From Tortispora ganteri (Eukaryota): 64,000 nt of DNA. The stretch covers positions 248,001 through 312,000 of the forward strand of contig PPNB01000007.1 in NCBI GenBank assembly GCA_003707115.1, given 5' to 3'. The notes under the pieces were generated by a model. That model was not told the DNA's origin and did not search any database. It was given only the letters and a program-made list of their open reading frames with translations. Positions 10,302-20,300 of the stretch are shown here, piece after piece (the first letter of the stretch is position 1; every line of letters starts with the position of its first letter). The position numbers were made by a program, and so were the translations under genes.

Positions 10302-11399
10302 CTATTTTTTCTTTCCAAAAAATCCAGAAAGAGTAGCTTGCTTTGATTTTGCTGGTAATTTCGCTTTCGGTTTTGGTTTTAGTTTTGGATCGCTTTCAGA
10401 CTCAGAGCACGACTCGTATGTGATTTCCAATCTGCTTCTTGTGATACCATTCTCCACATAATCAACATACTTTTCCACTTTCTTCTTACCGCGACGCTTC
10501 TTTGCTGCTGGCTTCTGATCAACTGGGGGATTTGATTTAGTAAGCACTGATTCCTCATCCACCTCCATTTTGTCTTCGGGTCTTTCCTCCTCTTCGGGTG
10601 AAGCACTTTTTACTTTACGTGACGGTCTGATAATTATATCTTCTGCAAAAAGAGATTGCAGTTTCGATTCTTCTTCCTTTATCTGTCGCTCTTTGTCTGA
10701 TTGGCTTCTAACGTGCGAATCCTTTACAGGTGAATCGTCGGCCTCGCTAGGTTCTTCTTCGTGCAGCTGTTCAACAACGACTTTCTCAACAGGTTTATTA
10801 GCGAAAGGATTAAACGATTTAGACTTTGTAGACTTGTTTTCTGATAAAAATGACGATGAGTTGGGTTTTTGTCGTTCGCTGGTCTGATCAGGAGTAACAG
10901 CTTGGCCAGGGTTGTGTTCAGACTTGACTGAGGTAATTCCATATTCTTTCTTTGTCTCAGTTTTGACATTGTCGTTAACTTGAACATTACCAATAGGAGT
11001 GGTAAGATAACCGAGTTTTTTTCTATCAGCGATTTGAAGATATTTGGAAGAGCAAGCATCCACAGATGAGGATACTAACGCTTCTACGGACGGCGCTTCG
11101 TTAGGGCATATAGCAAACACCTCGCAGACAGGGGATTTCTTGAAAGTGCTAGCAACAGATTGCAAGTCTTTTTCTAAAACTAGTGCAATTTTTCGGACAG
11201 TGTAACCCGTAGAAGTGTCGTTGACGAGCCCGCTAACAGAATACAATATGTTCATCGAATCGCCATTTCCGTCCTTAAACCGTTTAATTTGATTCCTAGC
11301 ATCATCTAGAGAAATATCCAAATTTCTTGCAAGGTATTCAACGGTAACAGGGCGTTTGCTTATTAGCGTTTCTTTGGAAATGAGGTTGTCAATACTCAT
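10302..11399 (-). CDS. POL32: DNA polymerase delta subunit 3 (Pol32/Cdc27)
   Basis: N-terminal winged-helix-like VTVEYLARNLDI, charged disordered middle, C-terminal PIP box KQATLSGFF; MCB upstream. Confidence 0.85.
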   Translation of the reverse strand: MSIDNLISKETLISKRPVTVEYLARNLDISLDDARNQIKRFKDGNGDSMNILYSVSGLVNDTSTGYTVRKIALVLEKDLQSVASTFKKSPVCEVFAICPNEAPSVEALVSSSVDACSSKYLQIADRKKLGYLTTPIGNVQVNDNVKTETKKEYGITSVKSEHNPGQAVTPDQTSERQKPNSSSFLSENKSTKSKSFNPFANKPVEKVVVEQLHEEEPSEADDSPVKDSHVRSQSDKERQIKEEESKLQSLFAEDIIIRPSRKVKSASPEEEERPEDKMEVDEESVLTKSNPPVDQKPAAKKRRGKKKVEKYVDYVENGITRSRLEITYESCSESESDPKLKPKPKAKLPAKSKQATLSGFFGKKK

Positions 11400-11418
11400 T
11401 AGTGCAATAGTAAAGAAG

Positions 11419-11424
11419 ACGCGT
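11419..11424. promoter_or_regulatory. MCB element (ACGCGT) upstream of POL32
   Basis: ACGCGT followed by a second CGCG core, about 20 bp upstream of the ATG. Confidence 0.5.
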
Positions 11425-11617
11425 TCGCGGTTGGCACGAAGGGTTAAAATGAAGCCTTACTCAATTGGGCAAATGAGGCTTTCAACCTCAGATTGGTGGA
11501 TTATGCCACTATTAAGACTGAGAGAGAAAGTACGCAGTAAAATGCGATTTTAAGCTAAGGAATGTTCATAAAGATACCAATTAATGCATACAGAAATGCA
11601 CAGGTCCAATTGGACTA

Positions 11618-12162
11618 TTAGTATCTGTGTCTAGTAGAGTAGTCTAAGAGGGTTAGTACCTACTGTGGTAAAACGATAACGTCTACAAAGAAAAAAAAAA
11701 AAGACGTGAGTAATGCGAAAGTGCAATACCATAGACAGAAAAAAAAAAATACTTACCTCTAGGGCTGACAACCAGACCTAAACCTTTTCGGGCGCCTCTG
11801 TATATTGTTTCAATTATATCGATGAGCTCCTGTTTGTCATCCAATGTCCAGGTCAATTTGTTGTTGTTGCCAGTACCGAAATCACACATCATGTGCTTAT
11901 TTCTGTAAAAAAACATTACGGTCATAGGATCAAAAAGTTCATACATGTCGTTGAACTCTGGCACCTTGTCAATATCGCACAGATATATTACAGCGAAATT
12001 TCTTACCTTTTCTGATATCCTATATAGCATCTCATCCATCTGCATGCATACGGGGTCCCAGTCCCTACCAAACCGGATTACCACTAGCCGTTCGGATTCA
12101 GACAGGATCGCTTGGTCTACATGCCATCCTGTATTCAAATGTGGCAAAAATACGCTTCCCAT
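11618..12162 (-). CDS. DIB1: U5 snRNP thioredoxin-like protein Dib1/Dim1; two exons (11757-12162, 11618-11643)
   Basis: MGSVFLPHL...GWHVDQAI...CDFGTGNNNK; splicing 11644-11756 gives the conserved end VVSPRDYSTRHRY*. Confidence 0.96.
11644..11756 (-). other. Spliceosomal intron in DIB1 (113 nt, near the 3' end of the CDS)
   Basis: GTAAGT...TACTAACCCTCTTAG; restores the conserved C-terminus. Confidence 0.93.
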
Positions 12163-13080
12163 TTCTTTTGCTAAATTAGTGAAAGTTGAGCATGTACACG
12201 ATACAGTGATGGGCGTTTGACCTGGGACAAATAAACGACTGTGATTGGCCAGGATTATAACGCTAATTTAGCGATCAAACTGTTGTGTATTTATTAGTTC
12301 TTTTTATTTCATTGAGATTTACCGATATCAGAGGTATCCTGTGAATTTTTAAGTTAGAAATTATTAGGAAGATCAAAGAGAATATATAGTAAAAGCCAAT
12401 TGCGTGAAGATTGAGACGCTCTAATACAAGACTATGTGCTTAGCGAACGAAAGCAGCGCGTGAAAGGCAGACGTGATTTTTCTGATGCCTGGTAAGAGAT
12501 CAATATTTTAGATAGTTTTGTGATCTAACTGCATCAAAACTAGGGACGGGTCAAGTTAAGAGAAAGTGAGAAACAATTCGTTAAAATTTTGTTTTAAACA
12601 GCACAGGTGTTATTCTGAATAAACAGGATATTGGTAATTTAAGTTGTCTGGTCAAGTTACGGACAATAAACTGAACAATCTTACCCATTACCGTCTTTCA
12701 ACAGGATGCACTCATGAACATCTCCGAGTAATCTTATCGAAAATCTACGGCGTAGACACTATAGGCACAGTCGAGTTGAAATGAATTCTGGTCATATGAA
12801 AGATTGGTGGGACTTGCAGCTCGCTCATATATCGAAAGACACGCTTGACTCCTATATCAAGTGTAAACGAACACAAAGTCTGCAAGTAGAGCGGCAAAGA
12901 AAGGTGAAATTCTTTAGGAATTTTGGACCATGTGTATATTGCTTTTTTTGGCTATCAGTACAGTCGAATTTAAATACATGTTCCGTGGTTTATCTCCGGG
13001 GTTTAATTCCCGAATTCTGAACATTTTCCAATGGAAACAAGGGAATTCAGTGCACTTTTTTGCCAGTTATTTTCATCCTA

Positions 13081-13120
13081 GTTACACCGATATACTCGTT
13101 ACACCGATATACTCGTTACA
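13081..13120. repeat. 17-bp tandem duplication (GTTACACCGATATACTC x2 plus GTTACA)
   Basis: Read directly from the sequence. Confidence 0.9.
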
Positions 13121-13347
13121 TTCTATATTGAGATCTGGACACCAGCTATTGTCCGCTTTGTGGAGCATATGGAGTTCAACAGGTTCAACCATATAACCTT
13201 CATATATATTTAGAGTTCCATTATAACTTTAAACTTTTGAAAAACTTTGTTGGATTTTTACTTAGCGAAGAAAACCAACCACAGACACATATTTCTATAA
13301 AAGGTCATTGATCTGCAAGAATTTTTATTTGGAGCTATTTGTGCTAA

Positions 13348-15024
13348 ATGAGTGATCCAAGATTCAAAGCGGCGCAATACGATCCGCGGTTCAGGCAACC
13401 GAAGTCGAAAGACGTGAAGGTGAAGATCGACAAGCGGTTCAAAGACGCTTTCTCATCTGATGCGTTTGCAGACCAAAAAGTCGACAAATACGGCCGGAAG
13501 GTAAAGCAAAGGAAGGAACACAGTAAGTTTTATGAATTTGAGGATGATGAACACAAAGAGAAAACAGAGAGCGAGGGCGACAGCGATGAAGAGGACGAAG
13601 TCGAGGAAGAAGTGTACGATCCTGCAAGAGGTTTAGGTGTGATCGGATCTTCGTCAGAGTCCTCGTCAGAAGATTCCGAAGACGAATCGGATCTGGAACT
13701 TGAGGAAGACATAGCCATTGAAGAAGGTCCCGTATTGATGGGAGATGAATCAAAGAGGTTTGCATTGGTCAATCTCGACTGGGATAACATCACAGCGCAG
13801 GACCTGATGGTGGTTCTATCGAGTTTCGCTGACTCTAAGGATGCGATTGTGAGTGTCACTATATACCCTAGCGATTTTGGTAAGCAGCAGATGTCTAAAG
13901 AAAGGCACGAAGGTCCGCCTTCGGAGCTATTCACTAATTCATCCAGAAAGGAAGAGTCAGTGGACAAAAAACTACGACGGTACCAATTACAGAGACTGCG
14001 TTATTACTACGCCGTGGCCGAGTTCAAATCAGTCGCAGCTGCTGCCAAAGTTTACAACGCGTGTGATGGCACAGAATACGAAACCACAGCTAATATTTTT
14101 GATCTGAGGTATATCCCCGACGATATGGTGTTCGACGACGAGCCCAAGGACCAGTGTACTAAGCTTCCAACCAAATACCAACCGATGGAATTTGTAACTG
14201 ATGCATTGAGAAATTCGAAGGTGAAGCTTTCGTGGGATGAAACACCTACGGCTAGGGTGCAGTTTGCAAAGAAAGCGTTCTCTCAGAAAGAGATTGACGA
14301 CATGGACTTCAAGGCTTACATTGCGTCAGACTCAGACTCTGACGACGAGTCTGATTTGACAGCTAAAGGGTCTAAGCTGAAGGAGGCACTATCTACAATC
14401 AAGTCACAAGTCAGACCAAAGGACGATGTCGACATGGAGGTGAGTTTCGCCCCTGCACTGACCGCGGCTAACCCGTCCGGAGAAGACGAATCAACAATCG
14501 ACAAATACATACGAAAACAGAAAGAGAAGAAGCAGCGCAAGGAGGAATCTAAGGCAAAAGAATCAGAAGACAAAGGATTTGATGATGAGTTCTTTGCTGA
14601 TATGCCTGCGAAGAAATCAAAAGACAAGAAGAAGACAAAAGCCAAGGTCGACTACTCTTCGGAGCGGTCTTCCGACGAGGCTCAAACAGCGTCCAAGGAA
14701 GAACTGGAACTGCTCACTATGGATGATAATGAAGAAAAGCGTGCTCATTTTGATATGAGGGAGATTTTGAAGGCAGAAAAGGCCTCTAAACACAAAAAGA
14801 AGAGCAAAAACAAGAACAAGAGGAAAGCCGAAACCGATGAACGTCTCACTCAAGACGATTTTAAGATTGACGTCAACGATCCAAGGTTTTCGTCGTTATA
14901 TGCAAGCCATGAGTATGCGATTGATCCTACTGTGAACCGATTTAAGAAGACCAAAGCGATGAGTGAGCTGCTCGAAGAGCGCAAAAAGAGAAACCAGAGC
15001 CAACAGTCTTCACCAGATCTATAA
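13348..15024 (+). CDS. ESF1: Pre-rRNA processing protein Esf1
   Basis: N-terminal DPRF repeats, RFALVNLDWD, LRRYQLQRLRYYYAV, FDLRYIPD, NUC153-type DPRFSSLYASHEYAIDPT. Confidence 0.95.
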   Translation: MSDPRFKAAQYDPRFRQPKSKDVKVKIDKRFKDAFSSDAFADQKVDKYGRKVKQRKEHSKFYEFEDDEHKEKTESEGDSDEEDEVEEEVYDPARGLGVIGSSSESSSEDSEDESDLELEEDIAIEEGPVLMGDESKRFALVNLDWDNITAQDLMVVLSSFADSKDAIVSVTIYPSDFGKQQMSKERHEGPPSELFTNSSRKEESVDKKLRRYQLQRLRYYYAVAEFKSVAAAAKVYNACDGTEYETTANIFDLRYIPDDMVFDDEPKDQCTKLPTKYQPMEFVTDALRNSKVKLSWDETPTARVQFAKKAFSQKEIDDMDFKAYIASDSDSDDESDLTAKGSKLKEALSTIKSQVRPKDDVDMEVSFAPALTAANPSGEDESTIDKYIRKQKEKKQRKEESKAKESEDKGFDDEFFADMPAKKSKDKKKTKAKVDYSSERSSDEAQTASKEELELLTMDDNEEKRAHFDMREILKAEKASKHKKKSKNKNKRKAETDERLTQDDFKIDVNDPRFSSLYASHEYAIDPTVNRFKKTKAMSELLEERKKRNQSQQSSPDL

Positions 15025-15243
15025 TGACATAAACCCTAACCTGATGAGGGATTTTGGTGGATCGGATTTTCCTAATCTTAACTCCCATCTCTTTTCCAGG
15101 TGCCATATACACACAGATTTCTGTCTTTTTTGAGTGACTATTTATATCTGTAATTTAACATCCTGCTGTTCTATCGCTAATAATATAGAATCGAATAAGC
15201 AAATTGTTTAAAACGAGGAAAATAAGAGCAAAAAAAACGATAC

Positions 15244-17277
15244 ATGCTGGCTCAACTAGCAGCAATGAATGGCGTAAGAGTAATCCGGCCACCCCTGAAG
15301 TCTACTGCGCGATTCTTGGGTGTGGCTCACCCGGCTACGCCGATCATGCGAGAAGGTCAACCTAAGATCATCTGCTACTCGCACCAATTCTCCACTGCAT
15401 GTTTCCTCAGACAGAATTTGTCCTCTAAAAGCGCCGCTCAAACGGCTAAACAGCGGCTAGTCTTAGGTGTCAAGTACACATTTATAGGTATCGGTATGGT
15501 CTCAACGTCTCTCCTTGGTGTTTTGCTTGCCTTTTTCATCTACGACGCAACTACCTACCATGAACCAAACGCTTTTGACGAACCCGTCAAGGTCATGGAC
15601 CTTGCGATCAACCCAAGGCGCGGCGGGCCCAAAAACCTCCCTATTGTCGAGTACCTTCTTTCTGAGTACGACTCGTCTGCTAATTCTCACTCCTGCAACC
15701 TTCCACGCCTTGTCATTCTCGGCTCCGGCTGGGGCGCAGTATCTACCATTAAAAATCTCCACAAACAGACATACCACACTATCGTCTTGTCCCCCATCAA
15801 CTACTTCCTCTTCACTCCGATGCTTCCGTCGGCTACCGTCGGAACCCTCACGCTGCGCTCTCTTGTCGAACCGATTCGGAAAGTCGTCGCTCGAATAGGC
15901 GGCCACTATCTGCAGGCTGAAGCCGTTGGTATAGTGCCGGGCGAAAATCTCGTCGAGGTCAGACAGACACACTCTAATGGCGACGTCTATGAGTTCTACA
16001 TCAAGTACGACAAGCTCGTTGTCGCTACCGGCACAGTCTCTAACACCCATGGCGTAGAGGGATTGCAGCACTGTAATACCTTGAAGACAGTCGAAGACGC
16101 TAGAGATATACGTCAACGCGTCGTCGAAAACTTCGAGCGCGCAAGCATACCCTCCGTCACTGAAGAGGAGCGCCAGAAGCTGCTATCCTTTGTTATATGT
16201 GGTGGTGGGCCTACTGGCGTCGAATTTGCAGCTGAACTTTTCGACATGATCAACGAAGATCTGGTTAATGTCTTTCCGAAAATTCTTGCCCAACAGGCCA
16301 CAATTCACATTATTCAATCTAGAAGCAATATTCTTAACACATACGACGAAAAAATCGCAGAATACGCAATGGAACGGTTCAAGAACGACGATATAGATGT
16401 CATTACGAATGCACGGGTTCAACGCGTATTTGAAGACACAGTGGTGTTCTCTCAGAGACAACCCGATGGATCAACTATTTATAAAGAATTGCCATACGGG
16501 CTTTGCCTATGGTCAACGGGTGTAGGACAGAACGAGCTCACCAAACACATTGTCAGCACTTTGCCCGGACAAGGAAACAAGAGAGCCATTGAGACAGATT
16601 CGCATCTGAGGGTTATTGGAGCACCTCTCGGGTCCATATATGCGATCGGTGACTGTTCTACCGTGAAAACCGCAGTTGCTGATAACATTATATCAATGTT
16701 GCGCAGTAAAGCGAAAGAAGTTGGCAAAAATTTTGATACACTCGAACTCACGTATCATGACTGGTACCGAGTTGCGCAAACTATCAAAAAGAAGTTCCCA
16801 CAAGCAAGTGATCACTTGAAACGGGTAGACGAGATCTTTGAAGAGTTCGATAAAGACCACTCCGGGACTATGAACACTGAAGAACTAGAAATGCTGCTTC
16901 GTTCAGTTGATAGTAAGATCGTCTCTTTGCCGGCAACTGCACAGAGGGCGCATCAGCAAGGCGTATATCTAGCCAAAAAACTGAATAAGCTCGCATTGTA
17001 TAACCATGGCTTGCAAGCGAACGATGTCATTATGGATGGTGACGTCGAAGATACGATCTACAAGCCGTTCAGGTACCAGCACCTCGGTTCACTAGCCTAC
17101 ATTGGAAACGCGGCGGTGTTTGATTTGAATGGACACAGCTTTTTTGGTGGATTGCTGGCAATGTACCTATGGAGATCTGTTTATTTTGCGCAAAGCGTTA
17201 GCCTGAGAACTAGAGTGCTTCTTGCTATTGATTGGCTAACTCGTGGACTATTTGGCCGCGATATGATTGATGTTTAA
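15244..17277 (+). CDS. Alternative (type II) external NAD(P)H:ubiquinone oxidoreductase with EF-hand insert
   Basis: ILGSGWGA, FTPMLPS, CGGGPTGVEFAAE, AIGDC, PATAQRAHQQG, LWRSVY; EF-hand FDKDHSGTMNTEEL; presequence plus TM anchor. Confidence 0.92.
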   Translation: MLAQLAAMNGVRVIRPPLKSTARFLGVAHPATPIMREGQPKIICYSHQFSTACFLRQNLSSKSAAQTAKQRLVLGVKYTFIGIGMVSTSLLGVLLAFFIYDATTYHEPNAFDEPVKVMDLAINPRRGGPKNLPIVEYLLSEYDSSANSHSCNLPRLVILGSGWGAVSTIKNLHKQTYHTIVLSPINYFLFTPMLPSATVGTLTLRSLVEPIRKVVARIGGHYLQAEAVGIVPGENLVEVRQTHSNGDVYEFYIKYDKLVVATGTVSNTHGVEGLQHCNTLKTVEDARDIRQRVVENFERASIPSVTEEERQKLLSFVICGGGPTGVEFAAELFDMINEDLVNVFPKILAQQATIHIIQSRSNILNTYDEKIAEYAMERFKNDDIDVITNARVQRVFEDTVVFSQRQPDGSTIYKELPYGLCLWSTGVGQNELTKHIVSTLPGQGNKRAIETDSHLRVIGAPLGSIYAIGDCSTVKTAVADNIISMLRSKAKEVGKNFDTLELTYHDWYRVAQTIKKKFPQASDHLKRVDEIFEEFDKDHSGTMNTEELEMLLRSVDSKIVSLPATAQRAHQQGVYLAKKLNKLALYNHGLQANDVIMDGDVEDTIYKPFRYQHLGSLAYIGNAAVFDLNGHSFFGGLLAMYLWRSVYFAQSVSLRTRVLLAIDWLTRGLFGRDMIDV

Positions 17278-17330
17278 GATGATATACCTATATAACATGT
17301 CTTTAATTTTAGTAGCAGACACACTTCGTG

Positions 17331-20300
17331 TCAGACTTTGTTTCGGAATACGAAATCTTTTCGTATCGGGTTCTCTTGTGCAAGTATATGGGCAATAGAT
17401 TCGCAAAACGGAATTGCAGCCTCGCTATGGGACTCTTTAACGTAGATTTTAAGAAAATTTTTCAAACGAATGTCTTTAGCCATTGCCCACAAGTAGCGTA
17501 GTTTCATGATTGTTTCAGCTTGTCTTTCAGGCAGTCTGAGTGTCAGCCAGTTATCGATTATCAACTCCTTCTCGTTGCGTTGCACGTCGAAGGCAAATAA
17601 ACCAAGTGCCGCAGGTGAAGCCAATGAAACGTCCTCTATGACGTACAAATCTCGTCCAAATTGCGAACAGCGGTTGTATGTGACTAGATTTCCCTTTTGG
17701 AAGCCTCGACTAATTAACGAGTTCGATAATGGCGATTGCAGTCCATTACCAAGAATAGAACTGTCAGAAATTCTTATTCCAGTCATCCAAGAGGTACTAA
17801 ATGTGCCGTCTTCATCCGCAATTGCAACGTTAGGGTACATTGCAGCCAGAAATATATTCTTCAGCAGCCCAGGCTTAGAAGAATTTGTATTTAGAGTATA
17901 TCCTCCGAGTTTAGGGTCTTGAGACTTGTACAGCTTGAGCATCTCACGTGGTAACCCTGCATTGCCATTTGGAATATTTAGACGTCTGACAAGTATATCA
18001 TAAATTTTTCTTGATTCGTCATAGATTCGTAGCATTTCGTTATCATTAATCCCATGACGTAAGCTAAACTCTCTTGCGAAAGTAGGCCCCTCAAGCCGAT
18101 ACACACGTCGCCAGTGGTTGAATGCGTTAATTATCGCGTAAAAATCTGAGTCATTTTGTGCAGAGAAAGAGGTCAAGGCTTTCAACCTTCTGTTGAAGTA
18201 CATACTTCTTGTTATCTCTACACCATCGTCGAACATTCTTTTGCCTCCATTAGCAGCAATCAAAACAAGCATGGGATCCAGACAGTTGAATGTAAGTCCA
18301 TGTAATATCAGAGACGATGCCCATGGGTCTAAAGAGAGAACAAAACACATTTGACCAGACAAGGTCAGCATATCTGCGTTGGATTTGCTTTTGGCTATGA
18401 GGCCACTTCTTTCCAAGTATTTTCTCGACTCTTCAATAGCCTTGTATGATGGAGGACTCGGCAATCTTCTCATAAAATTAGTAGAGATATCAAAGTTGTC
18501 GGAAAGACGCCTTGCAGTAAACCACAGAGACGATACATCGCCCCGCTCAGATTCAGGTACTGGTCGGTCGGGCAGTTTAGAGTACCTGTGGCCAGAAAAA
18601 AGCGCATAATACTTTCCAGGCCTCACACGGCCAACTCTACCAGCGCGCTGTTCAACTGAAGATTTAGAGACCCATTCAAGAACGTTCTGATTAACGTGAG
18701 ACTCATTTGAATGGCAAGGAGCGTTTCGTAGTCCGCTATCGATGATATATTCCAAGTCAGGGATCGTGATGGAAGATTCAGCAATATCGGTTGATAAATA
18801 CACGTGCCTTGAACCGTGATCTTCAAGGAAAATAGAAGGGTCAATACCGTACCGAGAATGCAGGAGATGAAATTTGACATTAGAGATGACTTCATTTTTG
18901 CTCGCATTTATAGCTGATGTGACTGCGGAATAGACAGTATTAATTTCGCGAATACCAGGTAAGAATACCAAAATAGAGCCCTTGGAAGTGGTCTTAATTA
19001 TATGTAAAATTAAAGATGCCGCAATGTTTTGCATGGTCGTGTAGGCTCTGTTGGAGCACATAAAGGCCACAGGGTCAGATGAAAGAAACGCAGGCTGTTT
19101 ATTTCGGCTTAGGGTGTGACCAGAGAGAATTTCATGGTTCTTTAATTCCTTGAGACCCTGTATATTGGATTTTATTAGCCCTCCTATGTCGTGCTTGACT
19201 AGATCATCAATATAGTCCTCAAGGAAGAACTTCGAGACATCAAACATAGGTTTTTGGATCGTAAACTCAGGTATATCTCTAATAAACCTGAACTCATCTT
19301 TGATCAGAGACTTATCGACATTTGCACCCATTATGACGAGCCTGAAAAGCTTTGGGTCAAATTTCTTTCCTTTAGATTGCCGCAAAGAGCTCTTAAATCG
19401 CAAGCTCAGGTACCGACTTGTTAGAGTCAGTACAGTATCCTGTTCAAGGTTGCGGCTATAAAAGTCATCTAAAATTATATGAGATATCTCGCTGAGGGGA
19501 TCTTGTGCACCCTGTTCAATCTCTTTAATAGCGAAAGCGAGCATATTTCGCAGTATGCCATAAGTCATAAAATTGATCGAGCCGGATTCTTTTGCCAGAT
19601 CCTGATCCCAGTGCATAAAGTAGCCCACAGGTAATTTGTCTTTGTAAAGGGAGAAATAGTATTTAAGGCGAGAATATGCTGCTGTCACTGCATTCCTCCT
19701 TGGAGCGGCGCAGATTATGTTACAATGGGCACCAAGGGACTCATTGGCCCATTCCTTTAAGATAAGGAGAGGAACTTGGGTGGTTTTACCAGATCCTGGA
19801 GGGCCTTCAATTATCGAGACTGAGCTAGAATGTACACAAGAGAGCATTTCATTCACAGCGGATTTCTTTTTACCCGTTTTGGACCAACTCACATTTAGAC
19901 CCGCATCAGATGGAGGCTTGTATGTCCTTAATTCGTTGTAGAGGTGCTGGTTACGACTACGCGAATTGAAATCGGAGAATCGCAAAACATAGCGCACATA
20001 GGTGTCTGCAGGCGGCGCGACAAACAGTGGTTGCGGAAAAGGTTTGGCTTTCTTTTTCCCCCCCGGGAACTGTTCAGACATTGCAGAGTCTTGAAGGATG
20101 TGGCGCACTTCTCGTCGGGTAGAAGATCCTGAAAGAGAAAAATCTATTGTAATTTGTGGGGCTGGAAACGCAGGGTGTCCATTAGCAAACGCGCTTTCCT
20201 TGAAATCGTGCCATGTTTGCGGATAGTTTGTGCTCAAGTAGTTCGCAATAATCAAGTTGGCCAGCTTCGTATTGTTTTCTTCCTCAGGAAAACGTACAAA

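Noticed and set aside
12171..12204. Possible 5' UTR intron in DIB1 (GTATCG...CACTAATTTAG, minus strand)
   Set aside because: 34 nt, with both donor and branch point off the consensus seen in the four well-supported introns
15031..15130. AAACCCTAA followed by TGATGA, resembling a Tbf1-driven box C/D snoRNA
   Set aside because: No box D (CTGA) at a suitable distance and no recognisable rRNA-complementary guide
15502..16116. Antisense and alternate-frame ORFs inside long genes (for example 204 aa opposite NDE, 159 aa in PalI, 131 aa in GAR1)
   Set aside because: Fully nested shadows of well-supported genes, with no recognisable motifs
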